Translations under genes and position numbers: made by a program | Part shown: positions 30,818 through 32,000 of the stretch, one piece after another | Layout: every line of letters starts with the position of its first letter | How positions within the stretch are numbered: position 1 is the first letter of the stretch | Origin: Candidatus Electronema halotolerans | Lineage (GTDB): Bacteria > Desulfobacterota > Desulfobulbia > Desulfobulbales > Desulfobulbaceae | Direction of reading: 5' to 3' | Length of the DNA: 32,000 nt | NCBI GenBank assembly: GCA_942493095.1 | Contig: OW818675.1 | Location: forward strand, 1,800,001 to 1,832,000 | Notes under the pieces: model-generated | What the model was told of the DNA's origin: nothing | What the model saw: the letters and a program-made list of their open reading frames with translations, nothing else | Database searches by the model: none

Positions 30818-31093
30818 TCACCAGACCAGCAAATCTAACGAATACAGATATGCGAATGCCAGCAGAGAGCCGACTATGCCCAGCCAGACATCGTCCCAGC
30901 TCCAGAGCTGCTTGCTCCAGAGATCAAGGGCCTCTTTGACCACATTGACCACAATGCCGGAAAGATAGAGCGGCGGCCAATACACGCCCAGCAGGGTGAG
31001 GGCAAAGCCCCAGAAAAAGTGCGCTTGGAGGTCGAAGCGGAAAATTCGCATCACGATCTCGCCCCAGTGCTTGTATCGCTCCAGCAGGCTCAT
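30818..31093 (-). CDS. Small hydrophobic membrane protein (91 aa), unknown function
   Basis: Its ATG overlaps the rpe stop (ATGA at 31090-31093), and it ends 17 nt before pgi. It has two to three hydrophobic segments ([40 protein letters not shown]). Support comes from coupling and position only. Confidence 0.55.
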   Translation of the reverse strand: MSLLERYKHWGEIVMRIFRFDLQAHFFWGFALTLLGVYWPPLYLSGIVVNVVKEALDLWSKQLWSWDDVWLGIVGSLLAFAYLYSLDLLVW

Positions 31094-31758
31094 TGCTTGA
31101 ATCCAGCCAGCTCCTTCATCTCCCGGATCACGGCGGCGTAATCCGGCTGACCATAGACAGCCGAACCAGCCACAAAGATATTGGCTCCGGCCTCAGCCAT
31201 TGCCTTGATCGTCTTGGGACTGATGCCGCCGTCAATTTCAATCCCTGCCGCCGGGTTGACCTGATCAAGCATGGCCCGCAGCTTGCGGCACTTGCCGAGC
31301 GTGGATTCAATGAAGGACTGGCCGCCAAAGCCAGGATTGACGCTCATCAGCATGACCAAATCCACTTCTTCGAGCACGTATTCCAGCGCAGAGAGCGGCG
31401 TGGCCGGATTCAGGACTGCGCCCGCCTTTTTGCCCAATTTGCGGATCGCGTTCAAGGTTCGGTGGAGATGGACGCAGGCTTCGGCATGAACCGTGATCCA
31501 GTCTGCCCCGGCCTCAGCAAAATCCTGCACATAGCGGTCCGGTTCAGTGATCATCAGGTGGACATCCAAGGGCAGCTTGGTCACTTGCCGGGCCGCCTTG
31601 ACCACCAGCGGGCCAATGGTGATGGCTGGAACAAAATGCCCGTCCATCACGTCAATATGGATAACATCAGCCCCAGCCTCCTCCACTGCCTTGATCTCCT
31701 CGCCAAGGCGGGAGAAATCAGCGGAAAGGATGGAAGGGGCGAGCATGAGGTTTTTCAT
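31090..31758 (-). CDS. rpe: Ribulose-phosphate 3-epimerase (222 aa)
   Basis: [17 protein letters not shown]...[16 protein letters not shown]...DVHLM...[11 protein letters not shown] are canonical Rpe motifs. Confidence 0.95.
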   Translation of the reverse strand: MKNLMLAPSILSADFSRLGEEIKAVEEAGADVIHIDVMDGHFVPAITIGPLVVKAARQVTKLPLDVHLMITEPDRYVQDFAEAGADWITVHAEACVHLHRTLNAIRKLGKKAGAVLNPATPLSALEYVLEEVDLVMLMSVNPGFGGQSFIESTLGKCRKLRAMLDQVNPAAGIEIDGGISPKTIKAMAEAGANIFVAGSAVYGQPDYAAVIREMKELAGFKQ

Positions 31759-32000
31759 GGTCTTTCCTTTGCTTCAACAGGAACGGCGCAGCAGGATTTT
31801 GTGCCGACAGAATATATCGAGAAACTTACCACGATCAGGCTTGCGCTGGCAAGGGGAGTTCAACAGCGGCGACAGGCGAATGAACATAACCGGTCTGCAG
31901 ATGCGCATTTTTTTATTTTCCTCAGCCAGTCTTCCTGATAAGCTGCACCGGACATCTCCTTCAATCTCAACAGCCAGCAGGCAGCCCATAATGAGCAGCA

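Noticed and set aside
31093-31938. 281-aa plus-strand ORF
   Set aside because: It is antisense to rpe over most of its length. Its composition is typical of a GC-rich antisense frame.
31774-31989. 71-aa minus-strand ORF upstream of rpe, possibly continuing past the window end
   Set aside because: The sequence is Cys/Arg-rich with no recognisable motif and no SD. It cannot be evaluated at the window edge, so I left it uncalled.
1-32000. tRNA, rRNA or other classical RNA genes
   Set aside because: I scanned the intergenic regions by eye for T-loop-like GGTTCGAATCC-type motifs and rRNA-like segments and found none. A tRNAscan or Rfam search would be needed to exclude small RNAs.

Overview
This 32-kb window comes from a Gram-negative chromosome. 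Most genes look GC-rich: three 60-nt lines I counted held 38-41 G+C. BamA, a ~12-haem c-type cytochrome and a futalosine-pathway radical-SAM enzyme would fit a Desulfobacterota-like anaerobe, but that is inference only.

Gene order, left to right:
- A 5'-partial vWA (TerY-like) gene and a TerD-family gene.
- A secreted protein of six beta-sandwich repeats, followed by an AT-rich membrane protein with a GT-C-like N-terminus and C-terminal TPRs. Two inverted copies of a ~100-nt palindromic element bracket this pair.
- glyS, a hypothetical gene and bamA on the minus strand.
- A same-strand run: kinase-fold protein, HAD hydrolase (ATGA overlap with the kinase gene), multihaem cytochrome, membrane-anchored TPR protein.
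- A 0.7-kb unit with one small orphan gene, bounded by identical GTAG-headed palindromes.
- An SDR, an MscS-like channel, an mqnE-like gene and dus.
- A rearranged stretch: corA is cut at codons 5-7 by a single-ORF IS66-family element (8-bp target duplication). An alkaline phosphatase gene is cut by an IS630-family element (TA duplication). A 62-nt pseudo-copy of the pgi 3' end lies between them.
- pgi, a small membrane ORF and rpe.

I recognised no rRNA, tRNA or CRISPR array.

The best candidates for something undescribed are:
1. The repeat-protein / TMTC-like glycosyltransferase pair with its flanking elements.
2. The palindrome-bounded small-gene cassette with its upstream repeat array.
3. 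The kinase-HAD-cytochrome-TPR gene run.

All functional calls come from motifs read by eye. No database search was run.
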